A stretch of DNA of 32,000 nucleotides from Wallemia ichthyophaga EXF-994. Its lineage: Eukaryota; Fungi; Basidiomycota. Location of the stretch: contig NW_008806289.1 of assembly GCF_000400465.1 (NCBI RefSeq), forward strand, positions 150,001 through 182,000, read 5' to 3'. The notes beneath the pieces are model-generated. The model had not been told where the DNA came from. It ran no database searches and was given only the letters and a program-made list of their open reading frames with translations. The translations under genes and the position numbers were made by a program. This document shows, piece after piece, positions 8,357 to 20,578 of this stretch; within the stretch, counting starts at the first letter, position 1; every line of letters starts with the position of its first letter.

Positions 8357-10835
8357 TCATGCATGCTTCTGCGCCTGCGTCTCGGCAGGTGGTACGGCAG
8401 TCTCCTCGCTATTAACACCTTTCACAAACGACTTGACGCAGTTCGCCATAGTCACTGAAGCTCTTGAAATCGGATCAGTCTGGTAGAAGTTCTCGAGCGG
8501 CTTCACGAAAGCCTTAGTGGATGTGACTGGTGTGCCCTTCTTCGCCATTTCAGCCAACCCCAAGCCGACAGACGCTGCAGAAGGCGACTCGAGTTCATCG
8601 TATCTCGTCAACGCAGGTGAAATCTCCCACAACCTATCCCTAACGCCAATCACATCCTCGTACGGTAACGGCTTTCCAACCAGCTCAGAAAGCGCCTTAA
8701 TTATCTTCCAATCCTCTCTTGATGCTCCAGGTGCGGAGATGGCAGCACGTCCTAATTGCGCTCTCCCCTCTGTGTTGATCCACGTTGTGCCCTTCTCCGT
8801 GTACGCCACACCCGGAAGTACTACATCGGCAAATTGCGCACCGTGGTCTCCGTGGTGTCCCTGGTACACAACGAAAGCATCGCGTGGAATCACTTGAGCA
8901 TCAAAGTCGTCCGCGTTGAGCAAATACACAAATTTGGCCTTGGTTGATTCCGCTTGTTGGGAAGGAACGAAACCTACATCGTAAGCAGCTGTGTGTGATG
9001 CTGCCTGTTAAACTTGTTAGAATACACCCTTTTACATCCACTCCAGACTCACCCTTTGCAATGTAGAGAAACCATTCCATTCCTCAGTGAGGAATCTGTC
9101 CTTGTTGGCTTCGACGTGCTTCGCTATGGCTGCATAAACAGACTGGCCATCGTCATGCTCAGTTACTGCTGAACCAACCACTATCAGTGGCTTCTTTGCC
9201 TTCATGAACTTATCGGCGAATGGAGACTTGACACCACCAGAGAGGAAGTCACCAACAGTCTTTGCATCTACGCCAATATGTTCGTAGTCGTATATAGCAT
9301 CAAACTTATCACCGATAACACCGAAATCAGTGTTGTTGTGGAGGTATCCCTTACGGAAACGCGAGTTGATGACAGCAGCTTCGTGGCGTGGGTTAGTACC
9401 GACAAAGAGAACAGCATCAGCTTCTTCAGACGCAGGAATGGTGTTGTTATAAAGGTAGTTTGAGCGATGATCCACACCGTGTGCTGGAGGGGCAGTACCC
9501 CTCTTAGTGTCAAGAGCAGTGTTTTCAGATCCCAACTTGTTAAGAAGATCTTTGAGTGCAACGAGTGATTCAGTGTCTGCGAGAGAACCAGCAATAGCTT
9601 GAATTTCATCACCCTTTGCACCAGATTTGGAGAGACCATCTGCAACAGTGGCGATAGCACCTGGCCAAGAAGCAGATTGGAATCTATCACCAACTCTGAT
9701 CAGAGGGTTGGTGAGTCTTTGATACTTCAAACCATCACAAGCGTAACGAGTTCTGTCACTAATCCATTCCTCGTTCACATCGTCATTAACACGTGGTTGA
9801 ATACGCATAACTTCATGACCTCTAGAGTCAACTCTGATGTTTGAACCGACGGCGTCTAAAGCATCGACAGTCTCTGTAGATTTAAGTTCCCAAGGTCTAG
9901 CGGTGAAAGCGTATGGCTTTGAAGTGAGAGCACCGACAGGACACAAATCGACAATGTTACCGGATAATTCACTATCCAAGGTCTTTTGAACGTAAGTACC
10001 AATTTCCAAGTCATTTCCGCGACCAGTGGTGCCTAATTCCTCAACGCCAGCAACTTCATTTGCAAATCTGACGCATCTTGTACACTGAATGCAGCGATTC
10101 ATGGAAGTCTTAACGAGAGGGCCAAAGTCTTTGTTCTCAACAGCGCGCTTCCCGGTGACTTCGAAGAATCTCGAGCGATCAGAGCCATAACGCATCGATT
10201 GATCTTGTAAGTCGCATTCACCTGTCAATCAAAGGTGAGTAATCAGGAATCCCATCAACAGCCACCGAAACTCACCTCCCTGATCACAAATAGGACAATC
10301 AAGTGGGTGATTGGCTAGTAGGAATTCCATGACACCCTCGCGAGCCTTGTTGGTGCGTTCAGAGTTGGTAAAGACGTTTGAGCCAGGCATAGCAGGCATA
10401 GCACAGCTAGCCACAGGCTTTGGAGCGCGCTCGACTTCAACGAGGCACATTCTGTGGGTGGGTGAGAAATCTGGGTGCTATGATTGGCTGTGGCTAACCT
10501 GCAGTTACCAGCAATAGCAAGACGGTCGTGGTAGCAGAAGCGAGGGATCGTTGCGCCTGCGCGGGTGGATTAGGTTGAGTGCGTGTGGATGGTTGTACTC
10601 CAACTCACCAGCCAATTCACATGCTTGAATGAGAGCTGTGCCTTGAGGTACTTCAACCTGAGCGGGGTTAACGTAAGCGCCACCAGCTACCCGCTCTACC
10701 CACCTCCTTGCCATCGACCGTGAGCTTGACCATCGGCGTGGCTTCTGCCTTGGTCGATTGGCTGGTGGAAATGCCCCTAAGAGACCTCTTGTAGCCACCA
10801 CCAATTCTACACCTTGAGATTGTATTTCTCAGCAT
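8357..10835 (-). CDS. NDUFS1: NADH:ubiquinone oxidoreductase 75/78 kDa Fe-S subunit
   Basis: Presequence [10 protein letters not shown]..., then [53 protein letters not shown] and the molybdopterin-oxidoreductase-like C-terminus ([23 protein letters not shown]). Five short introns. Confidence 0.97.
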
Positions 10836-10976
10836 TTTATTTTTTATCACGTCGATGTCGTCTAATCGAGAGAGATGATTGGGCGAACGGGGCAACACAC
10901 CAAATTTGATTATTTAATTACATATAATATCGCATCTTTTATATATTTTGTATACCTTATAACCCTATTTGGCGGT

Positions 10977-11539
10977 TTACTTCATCGCCTCTTTACGCCT
11001 TCTGATCCCATGTACCAGGCTAACCTTATGTCTAATAAATTCTGCAAATCTTCTTCTGTGTCTGTTGTGTGTGTCAGCGTGCGTGTATATTTCCAAAACT
11101 TCGCCCACCTCTCTCTCCTCAGCCTTCTACGCTTTTCATGAGGTTTTTCATACCTCTCACGCAGCATCAATTCCCTCTTTACGTCATTCTTAACCAGCGT
11201 CCTATTGAGCATTCTCCAAGCTCTATCTGCCTGTGCCGTTATATTGTTTTTATCGTACTTGCCCACTGTAACTGTACGTCCTGAATACAGCGACAACGGC
11301 TGGATATGTTCGAGTGTACGCATACGCTGGTTGTGATAATTATTCCAACTCTCTTCTGGTGTTAATCTGCCTGTGCTGGTTATTGGATTTGATCCATGCC
11401 TGTCTGTTTGTTGTTGTTGCTGTTGCTGCTTCTGCAACCCTAAAAGACGCGCCAATCCCGCTTGTGGTTCGTGTGTTGAGTATTTTCTATACCCCATCCA
11501 TCCCAGACGCAAATTCCTAACTCCACCGAGTACATTCAT
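10977..11539 (-). CDS. MRP21: Mitochondrial ribosomal protein bS21m
   Basis: ERYEKPHEKRRRLRRER, then an intron (GTGGGC..CTGAC..CAACAG), continuing HRRRFAEFIRHKVSLVHGIRRRKEAMK* (TAA at 10977-10979). N-terminal presequence and a poly-Gln tract. Confidence 0.85.
11405..11432 (-). repeat. CAG/CAA triplet run encoding poly-Gln in the MRP21 N-terminal region
   Basis: The plus strand shows tgtttgttgttgttgctgttgctgcttctg, translating to QKQQQQQQQT on the minus strand. Confidence 0.7.
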
Positions 11540-11565
11540 CGTGGTGGTAACGGGAATAGCTGTGA

Positions 11566-12898
11566 ATGGCCCACCTTATCGATTTTCTAAGCAGAGGTGG
11601 GGATATTCCTGTCTGCTCCGCTCTCCCTCACCTGCTCCTCTCCAGTCTTCGCCATTGCCATTCTCGCCTGGTCCCTTCTCCTCTCCGCCATCTTCTTCCT
11701 CGCGTATGCAACCAGCAAGCGCAAATACAAATCCTTACCGCGCTCACCTCTCTCCTCGCTCCCGCGCGACGCTGTACCCGGTGTCACTCTAATCCGCCCT
11801 CTCAAAGGCCTCGATCCGAACCTCTACGCCAATCTCGAATCTGGTTTCACGCAGGACTATGCGAATCTCGAGTTGATCTTGGCCGTAGCTACACCCGCTG
11901 ACCCTTCCATAGCGATAGCCGAGAAGCTAATGGCGGTGTATCCGCATATCCCTGCACGCATACTAGTCGGTGAGACAAACATGGGCGTGAACCCGAAAGT
12001 AAACAACCTCATCAAGGCATTCCACGCGGCACACCACGACATACTATGGATAGTCGACAGCAACGTGCAGCTGACGAGCGGTGTATGTGCGCGCTCCGTA
12101 GACGCGCTACAGCGGCCCTCAACGCGCGGCAAGCGGGTTGGACTAGTCCACCACATCCCCATAGCTGTGCATCCCTCTCTTGACATGGGCGCGCAAGTCG
12201 AGCGCGTTTTCGTTAACACCACGCACTTCAAGATGTACACAGCACTCAATGCGCTCGCCATAGACAGCTGCGTAATGGGTAAGAGCAATCTGTACAGACG
12301 CAGCGACGTCGAGAGATTGCACGTCCCAAGCCCCACTAGCAAATCTGTTCAACCACCTCAGAGCGGTTTGGAGGGATTCGCGCGATACCTTGCTGAGGAT
12401 AATATGATTGCACGCGCTCTTTGGCACGATCTCGGTCTCGATCATGCCCTCACGGATGACGTCGTCGCTACGCACTTGGGTGATATGTCTCTCATGCAAT
12501 ACTTGGATAGACGCGTGAGGTGGATTCGCGTACGCAAGTATATGGTCTGGCTAGCTACAATCCTCGAACCTCTCACTGAGAGTGCCACCCTCATTCCCCT
12601 CTTCATCGCCTCCCTGAAGCTGCTCACGGGCGCTAAATACCTCTTTTTAACACTCCCCCTCCCACTCTTGGCGGCTTGGCTGGCTGTGGACTTGGCTATC
12701 ATCAACTCATATAAATACGCCTCCCCACTTTACATTTCCCCCATAGGAACCTCCTTACCCCAATTCATCGCTTTTTGGTGCCTCAGAGAACTACTAGCCT
12801 TTCCTATCTATCTCATGGGCGTCTTTGGTAGTCAAGTTGGCTGGAGGTCTGCTCGATACAAGATGATGGCACAGGGTGAGGCACTGCCAATTGAGTAA
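11566..12898 (+). CDS. GCS1: Ceramide glucosyltransferase (glucosylceramide synthase, GT21)
   Basis: ATG 11566 (MAHLIDFLSR), intron 11597-11645, N-terminal TM helix. Motifs IRPLKGLD, VNPKVNNL, ILWIVDSNV, YLAEDNMIA and RRVRWIRVRKY correspond to D1/D2/D3 and (Q/R)xxRW. Confidence 0.93.
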
Positions 12899-13057
12899 AT
12901 GTTTAGGTGAATATATATGAATAGTGTAATCGATTAATCATAAACTAACTCTTTAATACAATTTGTTAAATAGAATATGGTGTGTGGTATAACTACATGT
13001 CTGTCATCGCTCATCATTCATCCTTCATCCTTCGCAGTAACTTGGCAGCATCTTCAT

Positions 13058-16000
13058 CTACGACCAAGCCGCAGACATATCCTGGTTGATAGTCTGTGCC
13101 CAGGTGAGAGCCGTAGAGACGTCTTCGCAATCGAGATAGAGGATAGCGCGATGATCGACAAGGCGGATAGTGCTTCCGTGTACGACAGCGGGGTGAGAAT
13201 TACCAACCCTGAGAACGGCGTAAAGATCGACGGGGCAATCAGGGTCTGTGCCCAGCGAGGGGTCTTTACAGAGGACCATGAGATCAGTGCACAGCAGACC
13301 AATGAGGGGTCTAGCAGGAGCAGTGTCCTGGTTGAGTGCGACTACACCAACATGTTTCGTCTCCTCCTCAGGGCTAATAGGAGGAATCTGAGCGTCAAAT
13401 TCGAGTTTCTTCACCACCTTTAGTAGCCGCAGGCCGCCATCGAGGAGGAGGCGGCGATGAGGTTGAACGAGTGGGGAGGGGAAACGACCACGAATGCGAG
13501 CCTGCCACTTAACCAATCTAAACCTACCTTCAGCGTCACGTTTCGATTCGTTCATGTCCGTAGCAATATGCGCAATGTGCGCCAGCGCCTGCACCAGCGG
13601 TTCCGCCTGTTGCCTGTGTGTAGTGTATTTTAGACATTCCTCTAGCAGCATCCTGTATCGCGGGATGCGCTGGATCGGTAGCAGTAGGTAGCTCTCGAGG
13701 TTCATCTGCGTGTGTGCTGGGTGCTTCCTCGCTGCCTTACAGAAGTGTCGAATTCGCTTCTTCTCCTTGCTGCTCAGAGGTGGATGCGCATACGGCTGCT
13801 TGCTCGCTGGTAACGCTATGTTCATCCCGCTCGGACCAGAGCTCACTGTCAGATTCGAGAGCGCAGGAGATACTTGCCCATTTACCCCTGGACTACGCGG
13901 ACTCAGTGGTGAGCTGTACGCCTCCTTTTCAAGCCACCACCGTGCCCGGTTCTGCGCATAGTCAAACTCGTTGATGTAAATGTTGTATATCTTGAGGAAC
14001 GCAGCGTGTCGAATAAATATTTTGGCTACATTCACCACTATCTCCTCAGCTGGCGCATATAGCGCTTGCTCTAAAGATGGTAGCATTGAGTCTCTATGGA
14101 ATGATAGTAGCCCTTCTACTCCCATGTACACCCTCTTGCGCTCCGCATGCGAAATCTCAGTCTCAGAAGGTACGACATAGATATCGACCAATTCTTGCAA
14201 TCCCTTCACGTACGTGCGCTCCGTCTCAATTATCTCCCTTATTACGTGGTATTGTCGTTTGGGATCTGGTTTGCCCTGCACAGCAGGGATCGATGGTAGA
14301 GGTGCTTCTTTCTCTTTCGTGGAGTGGCTTGATTTGTCGTCAATTGATGACAACGTTGTGCGGTTCGATTGTGACCACGAAGACTCAGATAACTGCCTCG
14401 AAATCAACGATGATTCGTTGGTGTTTTGTCTACCCATTATCTGCATGTGCGATGGTAAATTACTCTGTGGGCTGGTCGACAGCAGTGAGCTGTTTGGTGG
14501 TGCTAGCGTGTTCGACAATGTGGAAAACTTTGCTGAATCTCTATTAAGTGGTATTGGCAAGTAAGACGGATCACTTTCAATCTCAATCTCCTCTTCTGCG
14601 TCAACACCTAAATCAAAAAGCTAGCAATTTGTTAGTCAAAACCAAACTTTAGCCCATCAAACTCACATCTTTGAGGTAGTTCATGACAAATTTGAACCCC
14701 CTTCCATACTCCTCCTCGCGTCGGTCATGGGCATCCATTGGACTGTTCAGCCAGTCGCTTTGTTTATTTTCATTTTCGTCAATTTCATTGAAAGTATCAG
14801 CTACTGGGGATGTGCTCAATCCCAAACCATTTGCACCGCTCAGAGGCAGGAATGATCTTCTTTTGTTGGCCTTTGATGTTATTGTTGACTCATTCGATTC
14901 AGGATTGCAAGCCGATTGGCGATTCAAAGCGGCGATGTTTATCGTGCTCGCACTTGCACTCGAAGCAGAAGCCTTTGGGGGATTAGTTTGATGATTTGAA
15001 TAAGTAGTTTTGAGCGCAACATTTGAAGCACTCCTAAGTCTATTCATGGACATTTTCTTGAAAATACCCCACTTTTTATTAAGTGATGATTGGTTGTCTG
15101 CTGGATTTTGGGATGCTGTTAACGTGTTGCTTGATGTATTGTCAATTCCATAATACATACTGGTCATTCTGCCAGGTGCCTTTGGAGTTTCATTTGAAAT
15201 ATCCGTTGTTGATTTCATTCTTCTCATTGAGTCCGGTGTCTCGGGACGTGCAGTGACTGGACTTCCGTCCGAAGTCAAAGACCTCAGTTGAGGGGAGAGA
15301 CGGTTAGTGGCGCTACTCATCTTTGGCGTTGGAGGATTACTAGATTTGTCTCTAATAGTCCGTGAAAGAATAGGAGAAATTATTGGTTTCCAAGGAGCGC
15401 AAAATGAATTATCATCCACCAAAAGCAATTCCAAGTTGGGGAGCATACAGAGCCAAGCAGGGAGATTAGGCATTCTATTGTTCCGTAAGGAAAGGGTGTT
15501 GAGCCCAGTCATTCTAGTTAGTTCACGAGGGAGTGTGATTAGACCGCAATTATCAGCTTTAAGGAGGCGTAAATTGCTTCCTAAGGTAGATATAACAGCT
15601 GGGAGAGTAGAGCCAGTGAATAAGTTGTTTGAAACGTTGAGCTCTTCGAGCTTTGTGAGTTGAGACAATTCCTCACCAAAGTTGGTGATACCGCAGTTTG
15701 GAATATCGAGGACAAGCAGGGATTCGTAGTTGTTGTTGAAGAGAGAGCGAAGGAAGGAAGGGGCAAGTTCTGGGGTGGTTGTATGACCAATCATGACATG
15801 AGTGGCCTTCTCTGGAACTTGAACATGCTCCAAGTCAGCGTGTATGGATCTGAGGGTGAGGTGGGAGCCATCGTCGAGAGAGCTAAGGGCTTTACTGGGA
15901 GAAGGCTGGAGAGTATTGCTGCCTTGCTCAATGTAGTTAGTGTATGCGTGACGTAGAGTGGATGAGTCGAACAAATTATCGGCCTCTTCATCGGAGGTGC

Positions 16001-16283
16001 TTTCGATACTTGGTTCTGAGTGGTGATCTGAGTTGGAGGAAGGTTGTTGGTGCGGGTGAGGGCTGAAATCGTGGTGGTTTTCGTGGTGATTGTAGTGCTC
16101 TTCCTGGTTTTCGATGTTCTCGGTGTCCCGCTGGGCGTCGTCGTGATCGTCGCCGCTGTTCTCAGCGAGATCATTGACGCTGCCAAAATAACCCGGGCTT
16201 CCATCAAAAGCAAAAGCGGCTTGAGCAGACTGAGCCAAGCTTGATTGAGATGGGCTCAAATTAGAAGCCAAATCAGAGGACAT
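13058..16283 (-). CDS. Leucine-rich-repeat + RhoGEF (DH) + PH domain protein
   Basis: Two ORF-track segments are joined by an intron (AAAGAT|GTGAGT..CTAAC..GCTAG|CTTTTT, about 14622-14668). LRRs such as LEELNVSNN, LNTLSLRNN and LELLLVDDN; DH signatures VIREIIETERTYVKGLQEL and LESYLLLPIQRIPRYRMLLEE; PH-like tail HRRLLLDG..LLCTDLMVLCK. Confidence 0.9.
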
Positions 16284-16609
16284 GACGACTGCTCTCCTGG
16301 CTGTAGCGCTTGTTAGTATCGCGTCGAAAGAGATGGGATTTAAACAGAAGAATGAAGATGAATAAATCGGGCAAATTAAATTCAAATAATAAAGAATAAA
16401 GAATAAATAACAAATATTACTCACCCTTTCTAATCGCTTTCTCGCTGTCTTGCGCCATCTCTTATCTGCGCTGATGGACGTTGAGTTTGTAGAGTGTTTG
16501 TTGAGTGTTTTATGTTTCTATGTTTCAATTGAAATATTTCATTTTATGTGTTTGGATTTTAAGGAATTTATAATTTATACTTGTTCTTCGTCCTCACCAT
16601 CCACCATCC

Positions 16610-19600
16610 ATGTCAACGCTGCATCTCTATAACCTCACGCTCGAAGAACCGCAGAAAATCAATGAATCTATCGTTGGACAATTCAGTGGCTCTAAATCTC
16701 AGGAGATTGCAATTAACAAATCTAATATCCTTGAAATCTACAAACTCAATCTCGATACGATAAAACTAGAGCTCATTACAAGCTACAGGCTGTTCAGTAT
16801 TATTAGATCCATTCAATCTTTCAAGTTAACTGGCTCGAAGAAAGATTTCATCGTCCTTACCTCCGACTCTGGTAATCTCACCGTCCTCGAATTGGTCGCT
16901 GAGAAGCTCGTCGTTTTACATTGTGAAACTTACGGTAAATCTGGCATCAGGAGGATCATCCCTGGACAGTTCCTCACCTGTGATCCTAAAGGTAGATCCC
17001 TGATGATTGCTTCCCTCGATAAATCCAAGTTGGTTTACATTCTAAATAGGGATAACCACGCTAATCTCACTCTCTCATCTCCATTAGAAGCTAACAGATC
17101 TCACTGTATCACTCACCATATCTCTGCCGTTGACACTGGCTACGAAAACCCTCAATTCGCCGCTTTAGAAACTGATTACGAGGAATTAGACCAAGATCCA
17201 TCTGGTGAAGCACTCATTAACAGCAACAAACTCATCACTTTCTATGAACTCGACTTGGGCCTTAATCATGTTCTCAAAAAATGGTCTGAACCCACTGACC
17301 CCAAAGCAAACATGTTGATTCAAGTTCCTGGTGGCCAATCTGCCTCCACAGACGCTTTCGATGGTCCTTCTGGCGTACTTATAGCTACCGTTGACTATCT
17401 CATTTGGTATAGACCCCAAGCTGATCCACATAGGGTACCCATCCCAAAGAGAGACCATCCCCTCGACAATAACTCTTCAGAGGGAACCATCATTATATCA
17501 GCCGTACTGCATAAGATGAAGGTGTGTTAACGATCTCCGTTTAGAACTAAATTGACTTCATTAAGGGCGCTTTCTTCTTCTTATTGCAGTCTGAGCAAGG
17601 CGATATATTCAAACTCACCATGGAACTAAATGGCGAGGATGTTATCAGCATGCGCATCAAGTACTTTGACACCATCCCCCCTTCAACCTCCCTCAATATT
17701 CTCAAATCCGGTTATTTATTTGCATCAAGTGAATTCTCCAATCACAAGCTTTATCAATTCCAAAAGTTAGGCGACGACGATAACGAGCTCGAATATTCCT
17801 CCTCAAGTTATGAAAACAACGGCATGCCATCCTTGGAAAATCCACTTCCAATCGATTCTGTTTATTTCACCCAGCGTCCACTCGACAACTTAGTTCCAGT
17901 AGATGACAGACAATCACTCGCCCCGATATTAGATGCCAAAGTGCAGTCCATCTACTCCGGAGATACTCCTCAAATTTACACTGCATCAGGTGTTGGCTCA
18001 CGCTCTACACTTAGAGTTATGAGACATGGTTTAGATGTCGTTGAAGCTGTTAGCTCAGAGCTGCCTGCACCACCTAATGGTATTTGGACACTCAAGCAAA
18101 CCTCTAGTGATAGTTATCACTCCCTCATTGTCCTCTCCTTTGTCAACGGTACTTTAGTCTTGGGTATTGGCGAGTCTATAGAGGAAGTTTCTGATACAGG
18201 GATGGATACTTCCGCCTCTACTCTCTCGGTTGACCAGATGGGCGATGATACTATTCTCCAGGTCGTTCCTCATGGCATCAGGCATATCCTTGGTGACAAG
18301 CGCGTCAATCAATGGAAAGCACCATCAGGTACTTATGTTACAGCCTCAACAACCAACTCACGCCAAGTTTGCATCGCTCTGTCTAATGGGGAATTAATAT
18401 ACTTTGAGATGGACAATGCAGGCCAACTCAACGAATTTCAAGACCGCAAAAGTATGGAATCAACAGTGTCAACAATTTCTATTGGTGAGGTACCAGAAGG
18501 TAGACAGCGTTGTCCATTCCTCGCTTTAGGATGTGATGATCAGACAGTCAGAATAATATCACTCGACCCAGAAAGCACACTCGAGGTCGTATCAGTACAA
18601 GCAGTAACAGCGCAACCTTATTCCATCTGTGTTGCTGAGATCTTCGATAAGAGTTTAGACAAGTACAATCCTACTTTATTCGTCAACATTGGTTTGATGA
18701 ACGGTGTTCTGCTTCGAACAGTGTTGGATACAGTCAATGGTAGTTTGACAGATACTAGAACTCGATTTTTGGGTAACAAGCCAGTAAGCCTACGTCGAGT
18801 CATGGTTGACAAGCAACAAGCTGTGCTGTCTTTATCGACGCGTACACACCTGAATTATGCTCACGGAGATCAAATGTACTTTACTCCTCTTCTTTACGAA
18901 CCGCTCGACCAAGTCAGCTCATTCAACGCAGAGTTGTGTCCGGATGGTTTGATCGGTATCAGTGATACAGTTCTGAGGATTTTCACACTCCCCAACATTG
19001 GACAGAGAATGAAGCAGGATAGTGTTGGATTGTCATACACACCTAGGAAATTACTATTACACCCAACGGCACCATTTTTCCTCACCATCGAAAGCGATCA
19101 TCGCACTATTAGCAAGGGAAGACAAAGCGAGCTTTTGACACAAAAGGGCTACAATCCATCTGCTTATCATCACAACAGTCTGCAGTTTGGTAATATTCGC
19201 ACGGAAGCTGGTGACTGGGCAAGTTGCGTGAGATTGATAGATCCAGTTACACTCAACACGGTCAACAAAGTTGAATTAGACAACAACGAAGCAGCTTTCA
19301 GCGCTGAATTTGTGCAGTGGATTGGTCAAGAAGATGAAGTGCACCTGGTTGTTGGTACAGCGAAAGATAGAGTAATGATGCCTCAATCGCACAAAGAAGC
19401 ATATTTGAGAGTCTATAAGGTCACGGATGATAGTCAACTGGAGCTGCTTCACAAGGTCAGTTCGGTATAATGATTTTTACTATCTCTAATCGTAATTCTA
19501 ATGAATCCACAGACGGACGTTGATGACGTGCCCTACGCACTGCACGCGTTTAAAGGCCGTTTATTGGCAGGCGTTGGTAAGGCTTTGAGACTCTACGAAC

Positions 19601-20386
19601 TCGGTAAAAAGAGACTGCTTCGTAAATGCGAGAACAAGTCATTTGCGGCAGGCGTCGTTAATCTCAACGTAATTGGATCTAGAATATACGTTGGTGATAT
19701 GCAAGAATCAGTTTCTTTCGCTGTTTACAAAGCACCAGAGAATCGTCTGCTGGTGTTCGCCGATGACATACTGCCGAGATGGACAACAACAGCAACACCA
19801 GTTGATTATGATACAGTCGCGGGTGGGGATAAGTTTGGCAATATATTCGTAACTAGAGTCGATAGATCAACATCTGACTGGGTCGACGAAGATGAAAGCG
19901 GTGGTGGATTGATGCATTCAAGAGGATTGTATCATGGTGCTCCAAATAGATCTAGACTGTTGGCGCATTTCCACGTTGGGGATATTATCACCAGTATAAC
20001 TAGATCTCAGTTGAGTGCTGGTGGTAGAGACGTACTTGTGTACACTGGCCTGCACGGCACAGTTGGAATGATAGTACCATTTGCTAGCAAGGAGGACATT
20101 GAATTCATGTCAACATTAGAGGTGAGTTTTGCTTTGCTGTCTTTGCTAACATTACTAACTTATCCAGCTGCATATGCGTCAAGAAGCTCCAAGCTTGGTT
20201 GGTAGAAATCATCTCGGCTTTAGAAGTTACTACGTACCATGCAAAGCATTCGTCGATGGTGACTTGTGTGAACTCTACGCAGGCCTGCCTGTTACGAAGC
20301 AACAAGTGATTGCAAATGAACTGGATAGAACATCTGGTGAAGTACTGAAGAAAATAGAGAGTCTAAGATCATCTGCTGGGTTCTGA
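16610..20386 (+). CDS. RSE1: Pre-mRNA splicing factor Rse1/SF3B3 (about 1210 aa, 4 exons)
   Basis: MSTLHLYNLTL, HCETYGKSGIRRIIPGQFL, IKYFDTIP, LRKCENK, VAGGDKFGN and GRNHLGFRSYYVPCKAFVDGDLCE. Introns 17522-17565, 19456-19512 and 20122-20167. Confidence 0.97.
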
Positions 20387-20578
20387 TAAAAGTTTTTAAA
20401 TTATATCATTGTTACAACTGCCTCTGTTATCCTTGCGAATTTGCATGTCTGTTTCTCATTACGCAATATAACTTCAACATATTCGTCGATCAGCGCCATA
20501 AAGGAATATATTGTGCGTGAGTTGTGATGGAATGCGGTGATCTATTAATTGTACTCATGTTCTTTACTCGATAGAGAT

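Noticed and set aside
11597-11645. ORF-track N-terminus MGIFLSAPLSLTCSSP of GCS1
   Set aside because: It starts at the GTG of a splice donor. The segment is better explained as intron 1 following ATG 11566.
11566-14564. Numerous long antisense or alternate-frame ORFs (e.g. 11857-12342, 12977-13423, 14077-14547)
   Set aside because: They are shadows of the real GCS1 and RhoGEF CDSs in a GC-rich stretch where stop codons are rare. They have no recognisable motifs.
14649-16424. ORF-track start at 16424 for the LRR segment
   Set aside because: It relies on a non-ATG start in AT-rich promoter sequence. The first ATG is at 16283, and the ORF continues by splicing into the DH-PH exon.
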